A stretch of 64,000 nt of DNA, from positions 73,470,001 through 73,534,000 of the forward strand of contig CM126216.1 of assembly GCA_052327205.1 (NCBI GenBank). The letters are read 5' to 3'. Origin of the DNA: Somniosus microcephalus (Eukaryota). Shown one piece after another: positions 34,065 to 46,563 of the stretch. The notes under the pieces are model-generated. The model ran no database searches. It saw only the letters and a program-made list of their open reading frames with translations, and was not told where the DNA came from. A program made the translations under genes and the position numbers. Each line of letters starts with the position of its first letter. The stretch's first letter is position 1.

Positions 34065-37000
34065 GGTACCTTTCTACCTAGACACAATTAGAACTCGGAA
34101 CCCAGAGATTCAAACATGAAGTGCTTTATTCAGGAAGGAAAAGTTCTGGAGAGTTCCGAACAAAGAGAGCTAAACTTAACCAAGAGAACACCCAACCATG
34201 TATCTGCTGTGACAGCGCCACCACAGGTGGGAGGAGAACACACAATACATAACATATTCCTCCCCTCTTAAATGAAAGGTCCACATTATTCCTCAACAGG
34301 TAAGTTACTTTCAATGCACTCAACTAACCAAGGGTAGAGGTAGACTGCCTCAAACCCTGACTTTACCCTAGGGTTTATTCTGCCCCAGTCTTGTCAGTAA
34401 GTCACTAAGCCTACAGATCCAAGCGTCTTGGAGGCCGCCGCTCTCTGACAGGATACTGGCAGTCATCGCTGGCTTCCACAGCAGTAGGCATTGACACAGG
34501 CCTAGATAGAGAAGGTGCCTGTGTCAGTCGAAAGTCAGGAGTTTGCACAGGTGGAACAGTCTCTTTGACTTCCTGTGTTGGAGAAGAGCACTGTGGCAAA
34601 AGGATGCTGGTTTGCGGTATCATCCGGAAACAGTTCAGGCCAACCAGCCATTGGAGCCTCTGTCTCTGCTCCTAGCAACAGTTGATCTGCGTGTCTTCTC
34701 CAGACGACGTCGTCAGCAGTCTCAACCATGTAAGACACAGGGCCCGTCTGCGCGATCACCGTAGCAGGAACCCATTTCGGTCCAGTGTTGTAGTTTCAAG
34801 CTAGGACGTGCTCTCCAGGGTGAAACCATCTCTCCTTGGCTCTTTTCTCTCTCTTTTCAACTTGAGTTTGTTGTTGACAATGGACAACCTGTTCTGCCCT
34901 TGGAGGTTTGAGTAAGTCGAAACTTGTCCGCAACTGCCTCTTCATCATGAGCGAAGCGGGAGAAGTTCTGGTTGTGGCATGCGGCTCGTTCCTGTAGGAC
35001 AACAGGAAGCTGTTCAGACATTGGTGGATTGAGCCCTGACCTTGCGATGCCTTCAAGGCGTGCTTCAAAGTTTGCACGAGCCTTTCTGCCAGGCCGTTAG
35101 TAGAGGGATGATAGGGCGCAGACCTGATGTGTTGGACACCATTCACATGCAGGAAGGTTGCAAACTCCTGTGATACAAATTGTGGACCGTTGTCACTTAC
35201 GAGTTGTTCCGGTGAGCCATAACGGCTGAACATCTCACCAAGTTTCTCAGTTGTTTTCTCTGCCGTGGTAGACCTCATCACAGCGACCTCCGGCCACTTG
35301 CTACGAGTGTCCACAACCACCATAAGCATTTTCTCTTTGAAAGGACCGGCGAAGTCCACATGTACTCGCTGCCACACTTCTGCAGGCCAATCCCAGGGGT
35401 GTAGGGTTGCCAGCTGTGGAACATTCCAGACCCTTTGACATGGGGAACATGTTTTGGCTTTCTCCTCAATATTTCCATCGAGACCTGGCCACCAGAAGTA
35501 GCTTCTTGCCATTTCCTTCATCCGAACCATCCCACTGTGGCCTGTATGAAGTTGTTGCAGTATAGGTTCCCTCAGAGGTGGCGGAATGATGACACGACGT
35601 CCCCAAAGAAGACAACCTGCCTGGACGGAGAGCTCATTTCTTTTTGAAACGTAAGGTTTCAAACTAGGAGAATGTCCTATAGCTCTCCCTCGAATTACAT
35701 CATCCATTACCTCAGACAGGACTGGATCGTTGCGGGTGTACCTTCGCACCTGAACTGCCGTGACAGGTACTCCCTCCACTTGTCTAAAGTAGAAGATGTC
35801 TATCTGACGAGGTTCTGGGGGAGTAACAGGCAAGGGTAGCCTCGAGAGACCGTCTGCGTTGCCGTGCAAGTCTGATTTGCGATATTTGATGTCGTATGTG
35901 TGTCCTGACAACAGTAAAGCCCACCTTTGCATCCTGCTTGCAGCAAGAGACGGAATTCCAGTGTGGGGCCCGAAGATTGAAGTCAATGGACGGTGGTCCG
36001 TCAGGAGTGTGAACCTTCTCCCAAACAGGTACTGATGAAATTTTCGAATTCCAAAAACGATTCCCAAGGCCTCGCGCTCAATCTGTACATGGTTACTCTC
36101 GGCCTTGTTCAAGGTGCGTGATGCGAAGGCGATAGGTTTCTCTTCACCAGAAGGCATGATGTGGGATATGACTGCTCCCACACCATATGGTGACGCATCA
36201 CATGCTAGCTGCGCGGGTAGCTTTGGGTCGAAGTGTGTCAGGACCTCCGATTTCAGCAATGCTTTCTTTGCTTGGGCAAAAGCTTCGTTGCACAGTTCAG
36301 TCCATTTCCATATTTTGCCTTGACATAGCAACTGATGTAACGGCTTCAGCAATGTTGCTAAGTCTGGAATAAACTTCCCATAGTAGTTAAGTAGCCCCAG
36401 AAATGAATAACTGGCTCACATTCTGGGGTGCTGGGGCCTCCACGATCGCCTTGACCTTTGGCGGCGCCTTATGCAGGCCAGTAGCGTCAATCACATGCCC
36501 CAGGTACTCAACTGAAGACTGGAAGAATTCACATTTGTCTTTACGAACTCTGAGTGCATACTCTTTCAGTCGTTGTAGTGTCGCATCCAAGTTCAGAAGA
36601 TGATCCTCCTCATTTGTCCCAGTGACAAGGATGTCATCCAAGTAGCACTGGACTCCTGGCAGTCCACTCAAAATCTGATCCATTGCCCTTTGGAATAGAG
36701 CAGGGGCCGACGTAATTCCAAACGGAAGGCGGCAGTACCTGTATTGCCCCTTGTGTGTCACAATTGTCAGCAGCTCCTTTGATTTGTCATCGACATGCAT
36801 TTGTAGATAAACCTGGCATAAGTCTATTTTGCTGAACTTTTGCCCTCCGGCCAGGCCCGTAAAAAGATCATCAATGAGGGGAAGAGGGTACTGTTCTGCA
36901 GACAGCACCGGGTTAATAGTCACTTTAAAATCCCTGCAGATTCGAACAGATCCATCCTTTTTCAGGACAGGAACAAATGGGTGTGGCCCATTTGCTCACG

Positions 37001-38731
37001 CTCACAGGCTCCAGGGCTCCATTCTCGACTAAGGCCTCCAAGTTAGCCTCAACTTTTGGCCTAATTGCATAGGGTACAGGTCGGCCTTTGTGAAACTTCG
37101 GCTTGCTGTCGGGTTTAATGTCCAGTCTCACGCTGATCTTTTTCATGCTCCCAAGTTCCCCATTGAAGAGTTCTGCATGTTTGTTTAACACTGCAGTCAG
37201 ACCTGACTCCCCTTTTGACATCATGCGGACTGCAGACCAGTCCAGCGTGATTTTCTCTAGCCACGCACGTCCCAGTAGCAATGGGTAATTTCCCTTTACC
37301 ACATATAGTGGCAGTTTCACAGTCTGTCCGTTCAATTTAACTGTCACCTCAATGGCGCCTTTCATGGCCACAGGTTCGCTGGTATACGTCTTTAGCACAA
37401 TGTTTTTGGCTGAAGGGTAAGATGCTTTAGCATTTTGTTGTAGACAGTGTCTGAAACAAGGGACACAGCCGCGCCTGTGTCCACCTCCATCCGCACTGAT
37501 TGTCCCTCCACCAGTGGTGACACCCAGTAGCCATTTGAACCACCTGCAACCATCAGTATATGCACCTCTTCCTCCTCAGAGGTGTCGCTCCCCTCTGTTT
37601 TGCTTGTTCCATCATACTGCACTGAATGAACACTCTTTTTCCTCTCTGGTCCAAATACAGACATTTTGCTTTCATGCTTCCCAGCTCTGTCTGTTCTTTT
37701 TTTACCTCTACAGGCGCGTTCAATGTGACCCTTTTTGCCACAATTTTGGTATTCCAGCTCCGTACACCAGCAGTCATTAGCGTGATGGCCCGTTTTCCCC
37801 CGGTAACATGTGCCGTTCCGCACACCTTTAGGCTCAGACGACACCTTGTGAACTCTCCCTGTTGAACTCAACTGGTGAGCCTCCTTTTCCGCCATCTCCA
37901 TGGAGACACTAACTTCAATGGCCTTTTCAAGAGTAAGGTTGTCCTCAGTAAGAAGGCGCTTCTGTGTAGCTGCACTTTGCAGACCACACACAAGTCTGTC
38001 TCTAATGGTATCATTCAGCACCTCCTTGAACTCGCAGTGTTCTGACAACCTTTTTAAAGCAGCAATAAACATCATCACTGATTCACCCTCCTCTTGATTC
38101 CGTTTGTGAAATCTAAATCTCTCAGCAATAACCAGAGGTTTTGGTGAAAAATGTGCTCCAAGAATTTCCACTAGTTGCTTATATGTTTTAGTTCCTGGCT
38201 TATCTGGCTGCACAAGGCTGCGAAGTAAATTGAATGTCTTCGGCCCCATTACACTCAAAAAGGTAGGCATGACCTTTTCGTTTGCCACCGCATTCGCCAA
38301 TACAAAATAGTCAAAATGTTCCATATAAGCGCTCCATTGCTCCACATTTTCATCAAAATCACCGATGTTTCCTAATATAGTAGCCATCTCATGTTTCAAA
38401 TTAAAATTTCTGCTTACTCACTGCACCTGTAACGTTAATGTGATGCTGCAATCTCTGTTCCGAGTGTTTTGTAGTCGAAAACAAGAAAGTTCCCACAACG
38501 CAGATTCATCCGATCCTCATTGCCACTTTGTTGTGTCGGTACCTTTCTACCTAGACACAATTAGAATTCGGAACCCAGAGATTCAAACATGAAGTGCTTT
38601 ATTCAGGAAGGAAAGGAAAGCTCTGGAGAGTTCCGAACAAAGAGAGCTAAACTTAACCAAGAGAACACCCAACCATGTATCTGCTGTGACAGTGCCACCA
38701 CAGGTGGGAGGAGAACACACAATACATAACA
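34065..38731 (-). mobile_element. Gypsy LTR retrotransposon (Mag-like)
   Basis: LTRs 38529-38731 (5') and 34065-34254 (3', outer about 9 bp lost); CpG-decayed PBS TGGCAATGAGGAT (tRNA-Ser-like); PPT at 34255-34270. Confidence 0.95.
34411..38387 (-). pseudogene. gag-pol polyprotein, frameshifted
   Basis: ERFRFHKRNQ gag, degenerate CCHC knuckles, EVDTGA protease, YLDD, CDAS, HVDFAGP/SDNGPQF integrase. Confidence 0.93.
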
Positions 38732-39399
38732 ATTCAAGGCGGAGATTGACAGACATTTGAACTGCAGGGGAGTCGAGGGCTTTGGGGAGAGTGCGGGAAA
38801 GTGGTGTTGAGGACAAGATTGAATCAGCCATGATCTTATTGAATGGCTCGAGGGGCCAATTGGCCTACTTCTGCTCCTATTTCTTATGTTCTTATGTTCT
38901 TAGTGCTGGTAAGCTCATTGGTTTACATTCACTAATTGCTGTAGGTTCTGGATGACAGTGAGATCACAAACTGAGCAAACTGTTTCAGATTTCTCTGAAC
39001 CAACTAAAGGAAAACATCTTCTCTAGGTTTCCTTTTGTTTAGGTTCTTTTCACTTTGAGTTAAGGCCCAATGATCACTTTGAGTTAAGGCCCAATGATCA
39101 ATTATCTGCAGCACTTTAATCTATTATTCAGATAAGGAAAGCCATGAATTAATCAGAGTGCAGTGTGCACTGTGACCCAGATTTATGTTGCACTATACCT
39201 ATTTGTACAGATTGCCTGCTTGGACAGTTGTCTGAAACAGGCCAATTATTATTATTTTTTTCAAATGCAGTAGAAGGTATTGTTTCAGAATACAAATCGT
39301 TGAAACTTTGAGAAAAGAGTAGATTCCTTTACATTTTTCTGTCTTTTATTCATGACGAAAGACTATTTTACTGTTTTGGCAGGGATGCACGCTGAACTA

Positions 39400-40449
39400 T
39401 ATTAGAAAAGTTGTGGTAAATGGCTGTTTTTCAGACTGGAGGATCTAGACAGTGGTCTTCTCCAAGGGTCAGTGCTGGGGCCACTGCTTTTTTTGATATA
39501 TATAAATGACCTGGATACTGGAATACAGAGTAGAATTTCTAAATTTGCCAATGACACCAAACTTGGGGGTGTGGCAAACAGTGATGATGATATCAATCAA
39601 CTGCAACAGGACATAGAAAGGCTAGCAGAATGGGCAGACAAGTGGCAGATGGAATTTAATACAGAGAAGTGTGAGGTGATGCATTTTGGCAGAAGAAACA
39701 GGGAGAGGCAATATACACTTAATGGCACCGTTTTAAAGAGTGTGCAGGGACAGAGGGACCTGGGAGTTAATGTGCATAGGTCCCTGAAGGTGGCAGGACA
39801 TATTGAGAGAGTGGTTAACGAAGCATATGGGATCTTGGGCTTCATAAATAGAGGTATTGAGTACAAAAGTAGAGAAGTTATACTGAACCTTTATAAAGCG
39901 CTGGTTAGGCCATAACTGGAGTATTGCATCCAGTTCTGGTCACCACACTTTAGAAAGGATGTGAAGGCCTTTCAGAGGGTGCAGAGGAGATTAACCAGAT
40001 GGTTCTGGAAATGGGGGATCTTAGCTACAAGGACAGGTTGGAGAAGCTGGATTTGTTTTCATTAGAGCAAAGGAGGCTGAGGGGTGATTTGATAGAGGTG
40101 TACAAGATTATGACGGGTTTGGATAGGCTAGACGGGGAAAGGCTGTTCCCACTAGTTGATGGTACAAGGATTCAGGGACACAGATTTAAGGTTTTGGGCA
40201 AGAGATACAGGGGGGATGTGAGGAAAAACTTTTTTACGCAGCGAGTGGTGATGACCTGGGATTTGCTGCCAGTGGAAGTGAACACATGGAATGTTTTCGA
40301 GGGGAGACTGGATGGGCATTTGAGGGAAGTAAACTTTCAGGGCTACGGGGATAGAGCGGGCGAATGGGACTGACTGGCTTGCACTACAGAGCACCGGCAC
40401 GGACTCGATGGGCCGAATGGCCTCCTTCTGTGCTGTTATGACTCTATGA
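39400..40449 (+). mobile_element. CR1 LINE 3' fragment
   Basis: QGSVLGPLLFLIYINDL, KFANDTKL, KNFFTQRVV; tail TATGACTCTATGA. Confidence 0.9.
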
Positions 40450-41249
40450 AATTATAATTGACCTGAATTTGCTGTAACAGAAATTTGTTATTTAACTAAT
40501 TGTTCTGTGGAGAAAACAGTGAAAACTTTTAAAGCTGGTCCAAGTGGCTCAGTCACATAGTCATGTGAGCTAATTCATAATGTGACGATGGAGGGCAACC
40601 TGAAGTCCAAGCATTTCTGCAAAGGCCGAGCTGAAGACTCAAATTTGTCCACATATGGAAATCTGCTATGTTCCCAATGTGCATAAAGTTAGAGAATTAG
40701 AATCTGTAACCATGTCTTAGAAATGCTGTTGGTTTCACCACTGGCGGAAAAAGAATATATTTAAAAATCTGTGGCAGAAGAAAAAAGACATGCTGTAGAA
40801 GCTGCTACCACATTCCTGGTGGTTGGCTCAGATTGTAGAGGCTAGAAGCGGCACCCTTGTCCTTTCTATACAAAGACTGCCATCAGTCGGAGATATTGGC
40901 TGCAATTCTCATCTCTCTGGTGATAGAGCAGTTCTGTAGTAAATTATTCTAAGATGTCAGACTCCCCACAGAGCACAAAAATAATGTTTTTCCTGCAGAT
41001 ATTACGATTAAATTAGGTTTGGTCTGCTTCCAATAAGAGCCACCCACCTCAGCAACCATCTAGTGGTTGTATTTGTGGGGAGAAATTGGCATGGGGTATG
41101 CTCTAGGTAGAAAGCTACAACTACTTGATGCAAGACGATCAGCAGGACAGTACGGCATATATAGGCATTCATTAATCCTGGGGCAGCCTGACATATAAAT
41201 TTCTGTCATCTACATGACAGTGTCACAATAGGTGTGGTGAATCTTAACT

Positions 41250-41706
41250 TTTGTTTTTATTCGTTTATGGGATGTGGGCGTCGCTGGCAAGGCTAGCATT
41301 AATTGCCCATCCCTAATTGCCCTTGAGAAAGTGGTGGTGAGCCGCCTTCTTGAACCACTGCAGTCCGTGTGGTGAAGGTACTCCCACCGTGCTGTTAGGG
41401 AGGGAGTGCCAGGATTTTGACCCAGCGACGATGAAGGAACAGCGATATCCTTCTAAGCCAGGATGGTGTGTGACTTGGAAGGGAACTTGGAGGTGGTGGT
41501 GTTCCCATGCGCCTGCTGCCCTTGCCCTTCTAGGTGGAAGAGGTTGCGGGTTTGGGAGGTGCTGCCAAAGATGCCTTGGTGAGTTGCTGCAGTGCATCTT
41601 GTAGATGGTACACACTGCAGCCACGGTATGCCGGCGGTGGAGGGAGTGAATGTTTAAGGTGGTAGATGGGGTGCCAATCAAGCGGGTTGCTTTGTCCTGG
41701 ATGGTC
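41250..41706 (-). mobile_element. CR1/L2-group LINE 3' end (different family)
   Basis: IQDKATRLIG...LHRRHTVAAVCTIYKMH...WHSLPNS...FKKAAHHHFLKGN*, followed by a short 3' UTR and A-rich tail. Confidence 0.8.
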
Positions 41707-41985
41707 TTTGACTTGAGAGTCAAAGAATGACAGCTTCAGAAGATTAAATGGTAAAATGGCTAATTAGAAAATAGGCAGTTAGCTCCAGCACTCCAGAGTT
41801 AGCAGGCCATCTCCAACTACACTTCAACACTTCCTAATTATGCTGTTAGTTACTGTGTCTATCAAAATAAAATTCTTGTGAATTTAATTACAAAATGCTG
41901 CTTTCTGCAGTAGACACCTGTCAGATAGTTATATTGGATGAGATCTGTATTGTCTATAATAGAATCATTTCCAGCTGGACACCAA

Positions 41986-42709
41986 GGCCTAGAAATTCAG
42001 TGGGCTGCGCCACCCGTTAGCGCCTTAAGAGGGCGCTAAGTGGGTCGGAAGCCACGAGCCATGCCTCCCACTAAATTTAGCGGGACGCTAATGGCGGCGC
42101 TAGCCGTTAGCGCTGCGCCGCTACCGATGACATCATCGGTGTGCGCAGCGCCCCGCTACCGTCCCGATCGCGATATTTAGTTGCGCCCCCTGCTTTAACG
42201 CCGGACGCTATTTGCGAACGGTTCAGGGGGCCTACCTGCGGCGGTAGAGGCGATAATTAAAGGAGAGATGCGGGGCGGCCATTTTTCTTGCTGGCCGCCT
42301 GCCAGCACCTCGCCGCACTGCCGTCCCCGGCCTCCTGAGCCCCCCCCCCCCCTGCAGAGTGCCGACTGCGTTCCACGAGCCCGGCACTTCTCCTCGCTGC
42401 CGGGCTCTTTTGTCGGCACTCGCGATCCTCGATCGCGCTGCACAAGGCCCCTCCCCTTTAAGAAGGGGAGGAAGGCCTGCAGTACTGCAGCGCGCCGTGC
42501 CGCAGCGTGTGGCGCTGCAGCATGTTACGCAGCGATCTTCAGCTGCAGCGCCCCAAGAGGGATGCGGGGCGCCTCCAGTAGCGCCGCACTTCCCTCTGGG
42601 GCACGCAAAGTGAATTTCCGACGGGCGGCTGTGACTACTTCCGGGGCGCTACTTTTGGCGCCTTGGCGAGGCTGGCGCCACAAATGGGGCGCTACTGAAT
42701 TTCTAGGCC
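41986..42709. mobile_element. GC/CpG-rich MITE (Harbinger-type)
   Basis: Perfect 16-bp TIR GGCCTAGAAATTCAGT / ACTGAATTTCTAGGCC; TSD CAA (41983-41985, 42710-42712). Confidence 0.88.
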
Positions 42710-42889
42710 CAAAGGTCTTAGAAAATCAATTGTGTAATTCCACATAGAATTTTTATAATTAAAAAGATCAATCAGTGATCATTTTAAGTCACTTTCTACA
42801 AATTAAATGCACTCTTTTTCAATTTTGTGCTTTATTATTGTAAAAACACCACAGTTGGAATGAAATTAGAGTTTACAGATATATGAACA

Positions 42890-43075
42890 ACTCGCCCATT
42901 GGCAAGATTAAACTTATATAGTGAACCGATGAGTTGCACAGACCAGGAAAGTCCTTTGCCTGTGCTGAGTTAGCTGATTTCACCCGCGACTGCAACTGGG
43001 CTGGTCCTGAATGCCCCTGTGTTAGGAAAGGGAAAAATCGCTCATGGTTCTCACTCTAGTGCTATTTGTGCTGGA
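42890..43075 (+). mobile_element. MamSINE1-like SINE fragment
   Basis: ACAGACCAGGAA...GTGCTGAGTTAGCTGAT...GCCCCTG.GTTAGG...GGAAAAATC. Confidence 0.55.
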
Positions 43076-43415
43076 ACTGTGTGTGTATTCATGCATTCGT
43101 TCATTCGTGCACATGAATGTTAGGATAACTTCCGCTGAAGTCAAATAGTCTGCTCACTGCTACTGTTGAGCAGTACTCCAGCAGAGAGTTGGCGTCTTAA
43201 TGGGAGAAGAAGGAAAGAGGGGATAAACTTGGGAAGGGAAAATGTGTTAATATGGTGAATATGTTCACTTCCTGAAAGCAGAGTGTGTGTTCTATCAAAT
43301 GTAAGAATGACAGAAAAGTTAAATAGCAGGTCTTTAGGCACCTAAGTAGTGTTCACCATATACAGTATGAGCCATATTTGAACAGCATTCCTAAAGCATA
43401 AATATCATCAGCAGA

Positions 43416-43575
43416 TTATAAGAACATAAGAATTAGGTGCAGGAGTAGGCCATAGGGCCCCTTGAGCCTGCTCCGCCATTCAATAAGATCATGGCTGATC
43501 ATTGTCCTCAACTCCACTTTCCCGCTCGATCCCCATATCCCTTGATTCCACTAGAGTATAAGAACGTAAGAAATA
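43416..43575 (-). mobile_element. CR1 3' tail fragment
   Basis: ATAAGAACATAAGA...GCAGGAGTAGGCCA...ATCATGGCTGATC is the reverse complement of the tail at about 3340-3478. Confidence 0.85.
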
Positions 43576-43893
43576 ATTAACTGCAATTGCAACGCATAGC
43601 AAGACACGACAGAGAGTTAACAGCTATATTTAAATTATGTGAAATAAGTTGTCATTTTGCAGCCGCCTTATGTACACTGGTGCTGGAATTTTACAAACTG
43701 CCTGGCACAATATGTGTCATGTTTATGTATCTAAAAATAATGCTATTATCTGTGCACAAACATAAAAGTGAGTTCACACTGGGTATCAATTGGAAGGGTC
43801 AGTAATGTGCAGCAACCATTTTAGCTTTCTCTTCTGCATCTCTCCTCATCTTTTTCTGTATCAGTGATGGGGTGGAGAAAGCAATACAAAATA

Positions 43894-44232
43894 CAGGAAA
43901 CTTTGGTTTATCCGGAGGTTAACTGTCCGGAATGCTCGATCCACCGGCAAAAATCAGGAGCCGTTTCGTTAGGTTTTTTTTCTTTTCGAGGTTTTTTTTC
44001 TTTTCGTTGCTTTTTTTTCATCAGTCAGGCTCTGCAAGATCTAGCTGAAGCTGTTGCTTAGCTACATAGACGCTTGCAAGGTACGGCCGACTGTTTAGAA
44101 GCTGCAACAGGGTTTGTTGCTAGATACGGAGCTCGCTCCGTATGTTTTAACATTAGCGCTGGTTTGTCCGGCAGTTTTGATGGGACGGCAACAGCTCGGT
44201 CCCGTCGGTGCCGGATATCACAAAGTTTCCTG
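43894..44232 (+). mobile_element. Non-autonomous MITE derived from the Tigger family at 30137-32697
   Basis: Same ends (CAGGAAACTTTGGTTTA.CCGGAGGTT and CGGTGCCGGATATCACAAAGTTTCCTG), TA TSD, opposite orientation. Confidence 0.9.
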
Positions 44233-45604
44233 TAACTGTGGCAAGGAAAGATAACATCACCCTTGTATCCTTTTTGAAGGTCAATCAACACCCCCCTGCA
44301 CCTAATGTGGGACACACATAAATACACGTGAGCTTTCTCTGTGTCCCAGAAAGGATATAATTTACTCCACTTATGGATAAGTCCCTGATACAGGCCAGGT
44401 GCAAAGATAAACTGCTTTTTACAATTGCCCAAAAAAGGGGTTTTAACCCCAAGCACAGAGGCGCACCCCCTACTGAACCTGGGGGGAGTTACACATTTAT
44501 TACACACATTTCAACATAGGTAGAGTTAATAACATTTAAGAAACAGGAAATTAAAGTAGGTAACCAACGTGGCCAATTTCAGAACTTCCTGCAGTGCTAA
44601 ATTTAGATCTCCAAAAGCATTGACAACATGATTTAAGAAATAAACTGATCTTAATATTCCATTCATTTACTTAATCTGTTGCCCATGCTGGGTGACTGTA
44701 GTCGCCCACTCAAATTCTGTTCTCAAAATGCTTTGTTAGAACCTTCCTGTAGTTGCTAGGCAGCAAAGTAGCAATTGACAGTAACATCAGAACGATGTGT
44801 TTTTTAAATATTATATTCATGCTGTAAATGTATTAGTGGTGAGTATATTAAGAATGGTTGAATTCCTACAGGCTGGTGACTGTGTAAAATACCAAGAAAA
44901 AGAACAACATAAAAAAAAACTACCCAAAAGGACAGCAATAAATATATTAGTATGCAAGGATTTAGAGGTTTTTTGACCCATTTAGCAGTATCCAGTATCG
45001 TAAGTAAGGGAAACCTATCTTTTTACAGTTCTGATCTGAATATACATAAGAACTTGGCATAGAACAGCCTTATGGAGACTAAGGGACTTGAAACATCTGG
45101 ACTCTGGCATAGATGCACAGTGCTTTTCCAGGAAGATGAAAGTGGGTTGGGCACAAAAATTAAGAAAACCTACGTGAAGGAACATGCTTTCTATATGAGA
45201 CTGGATAAATTATTTCTTTAAAAAGCTGTCAACCCTAGATTTCTCTCTTTTGCAAAGTTTTATTTTGATATGTTACATCTATTTTAAAATCTTAATTCCC
45301 TCCCATTCACCTGTCTTAAGTTCTTTCATAGGCCACACATGAGTCGCTGCCCAGTGGGCATGCAATGGTTGGGAACATTGAGATGTGAAAGAGGCCTGTT
45401 AGTCTCTCCTTCAATATGAGGAAGCACTTGGACTCGCATAGTTTGACGCACTGCAGTTTTACAATATATTTAACAGTCTTAAAGCTTCAGTTTCCAGGCC
45501 ATTCCAGTATTCCTGCTGGTGCTCTAGATTTCAAGAATCAAACCTCAGAAACATTCCCAGCTTGTGAACTAAAAAGAAAGGAACTGCAAATGGTGGAAGT
45601 TTGA

Positions 45605-45810
45605 CATAAAAACAGAAAATGCTGGAAATGCGCAGCAGGTCTCATCAGTATCTGTGAAAAGAAGAAGACAGTTTAACATTTAGGATGCCGGATCTTCATC
45701 AGACTGTCCAAAATAGTTCAATTTCTGACAAGGGATCGACACCCAAAGCCACCTTTTCCCTAAACAAATGCTGACAGATCACCTCTATATTTCTAGAATT
45801 CTCTGTTTTT
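45605..45810. mobile_element. Old Penelope-terminus fold-back element
   Basis: AAAAACAGAAAATGCTGGAAAT ... ATTTCTAGAATTCTCTGTTTTT inverted arms with decayed hammerhead cores on both strands. Confidence 0.6.
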
Positions 45811-46104
45811 AATCCTATAATGTGTCTGAGTATGACAACCATATCTGTATCTATAGGAAGTGGGGGACGCACATTTTCCGTGGACTGTATTTGTTGTGAA
45901 GTCACCCCCCCCCCCCGCAAATTTATAATTGAATTTCATAGCCTTGTACACTGATTGTAGACAATATTAAAGGTTTCAATATTGATGTTTCCTGGGGTCT
46001 CTCCTTGCCTTGGTTCACCTCATAGTTGCCTATATAACAGTTGCTGCATTTCAAACATAATTCATTGTATTGCGCCCTTTGAGCTGTTTCAATGTGAAAG
46101 AAAA

Positions 46105-46563
46105 CCACACTATTTATAGTCCAGCTTTAGAGAGAAACCCACCATCTATAGTCCAGCTTTAGAGAGAAACCCGCCATCTATAGTCCAGCTTTAGAGAGAA
46201 AACCCACCATCTATAGTCCAGCTTTAGAGAGAAAACCCACCATCTATAGTCCAGCTTTAGAGAGAAAACCCACCATCTATAGTCCAGCTTTAGAGAGTAA
46301 ACCCACCATCTATAGTCCAGCTTTAGAGAGAAACCCACCATCTATAGTCCAGCTTTAGAGAGAAAACCCACCATCTATAGTCCAGCTTTAGAGAGTAAAC
46401 CCACCATCTATAGTCCAGCTTTAGAGAGAAACCCACCATCTATAGTCCAGCTTTAGAGAGAAACCCACCATCTATAGTCCAGCTTTAGAGAGAAACCCAC
46501 CATCTATAGTCCAGCTTTAGAGAGAAACCCACCATCTATAGTCCAGCTTTAGAGAGAAAACCA
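46105..46563. repeat. Minisatellite, 32-33 bp unit, 14 copies, with degenerate copies to about 46765
   Basis: Unit CCCACCATCTATAGTCCAGCTTTAGAGAGAAA(A), head-to-tail with no spacers. Confidence 0.97.

Larger units (their letters stand above)
33110..38901 (+). mobile_element. CR1 LINE 3' fragment interrupted by a V-SINE and a Gypsy (pieces about 33110-33150, 33501-34064, 38732-38901)
   Basis: RDLGVRVHETHKVSMQVQQVIRKAN...RNFFSQKVVNLWN; resumes after the LTR with ATTCAAGGCGGAG and ends TTCTTATGTTCTTATGTTCTTA. Confidence 0.9.

Noticed and set aside
39050-39100. 24-bp direct duplication TCACTTTGAGTTAAGGCCCAATGA
   Set aside because: Ordinary short tandem duplication, like those at about 6278 and 11570; no sign of function.
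42195-42747. Overlapping ORFs up to 159 aa suggesting a GC-rich first exon or promoter
   Set aside because: They lie within a TIR/TSD-bounded MITE and give low-complexity translations.
44231-44493. Solo LTR bounded by TGTAAC...GTTACA
   Set aside because: The left TG belongs to the Tigger-MITE end and no TSD could be found.
46105-46563. CRISPR-like array of about 32-bp repeats
   Set aside because: Units are contiguous with no unique spacers, there are no cas genes, and the context is eukaryotic; the repetitive ORF 46159-46341 is a by-product.
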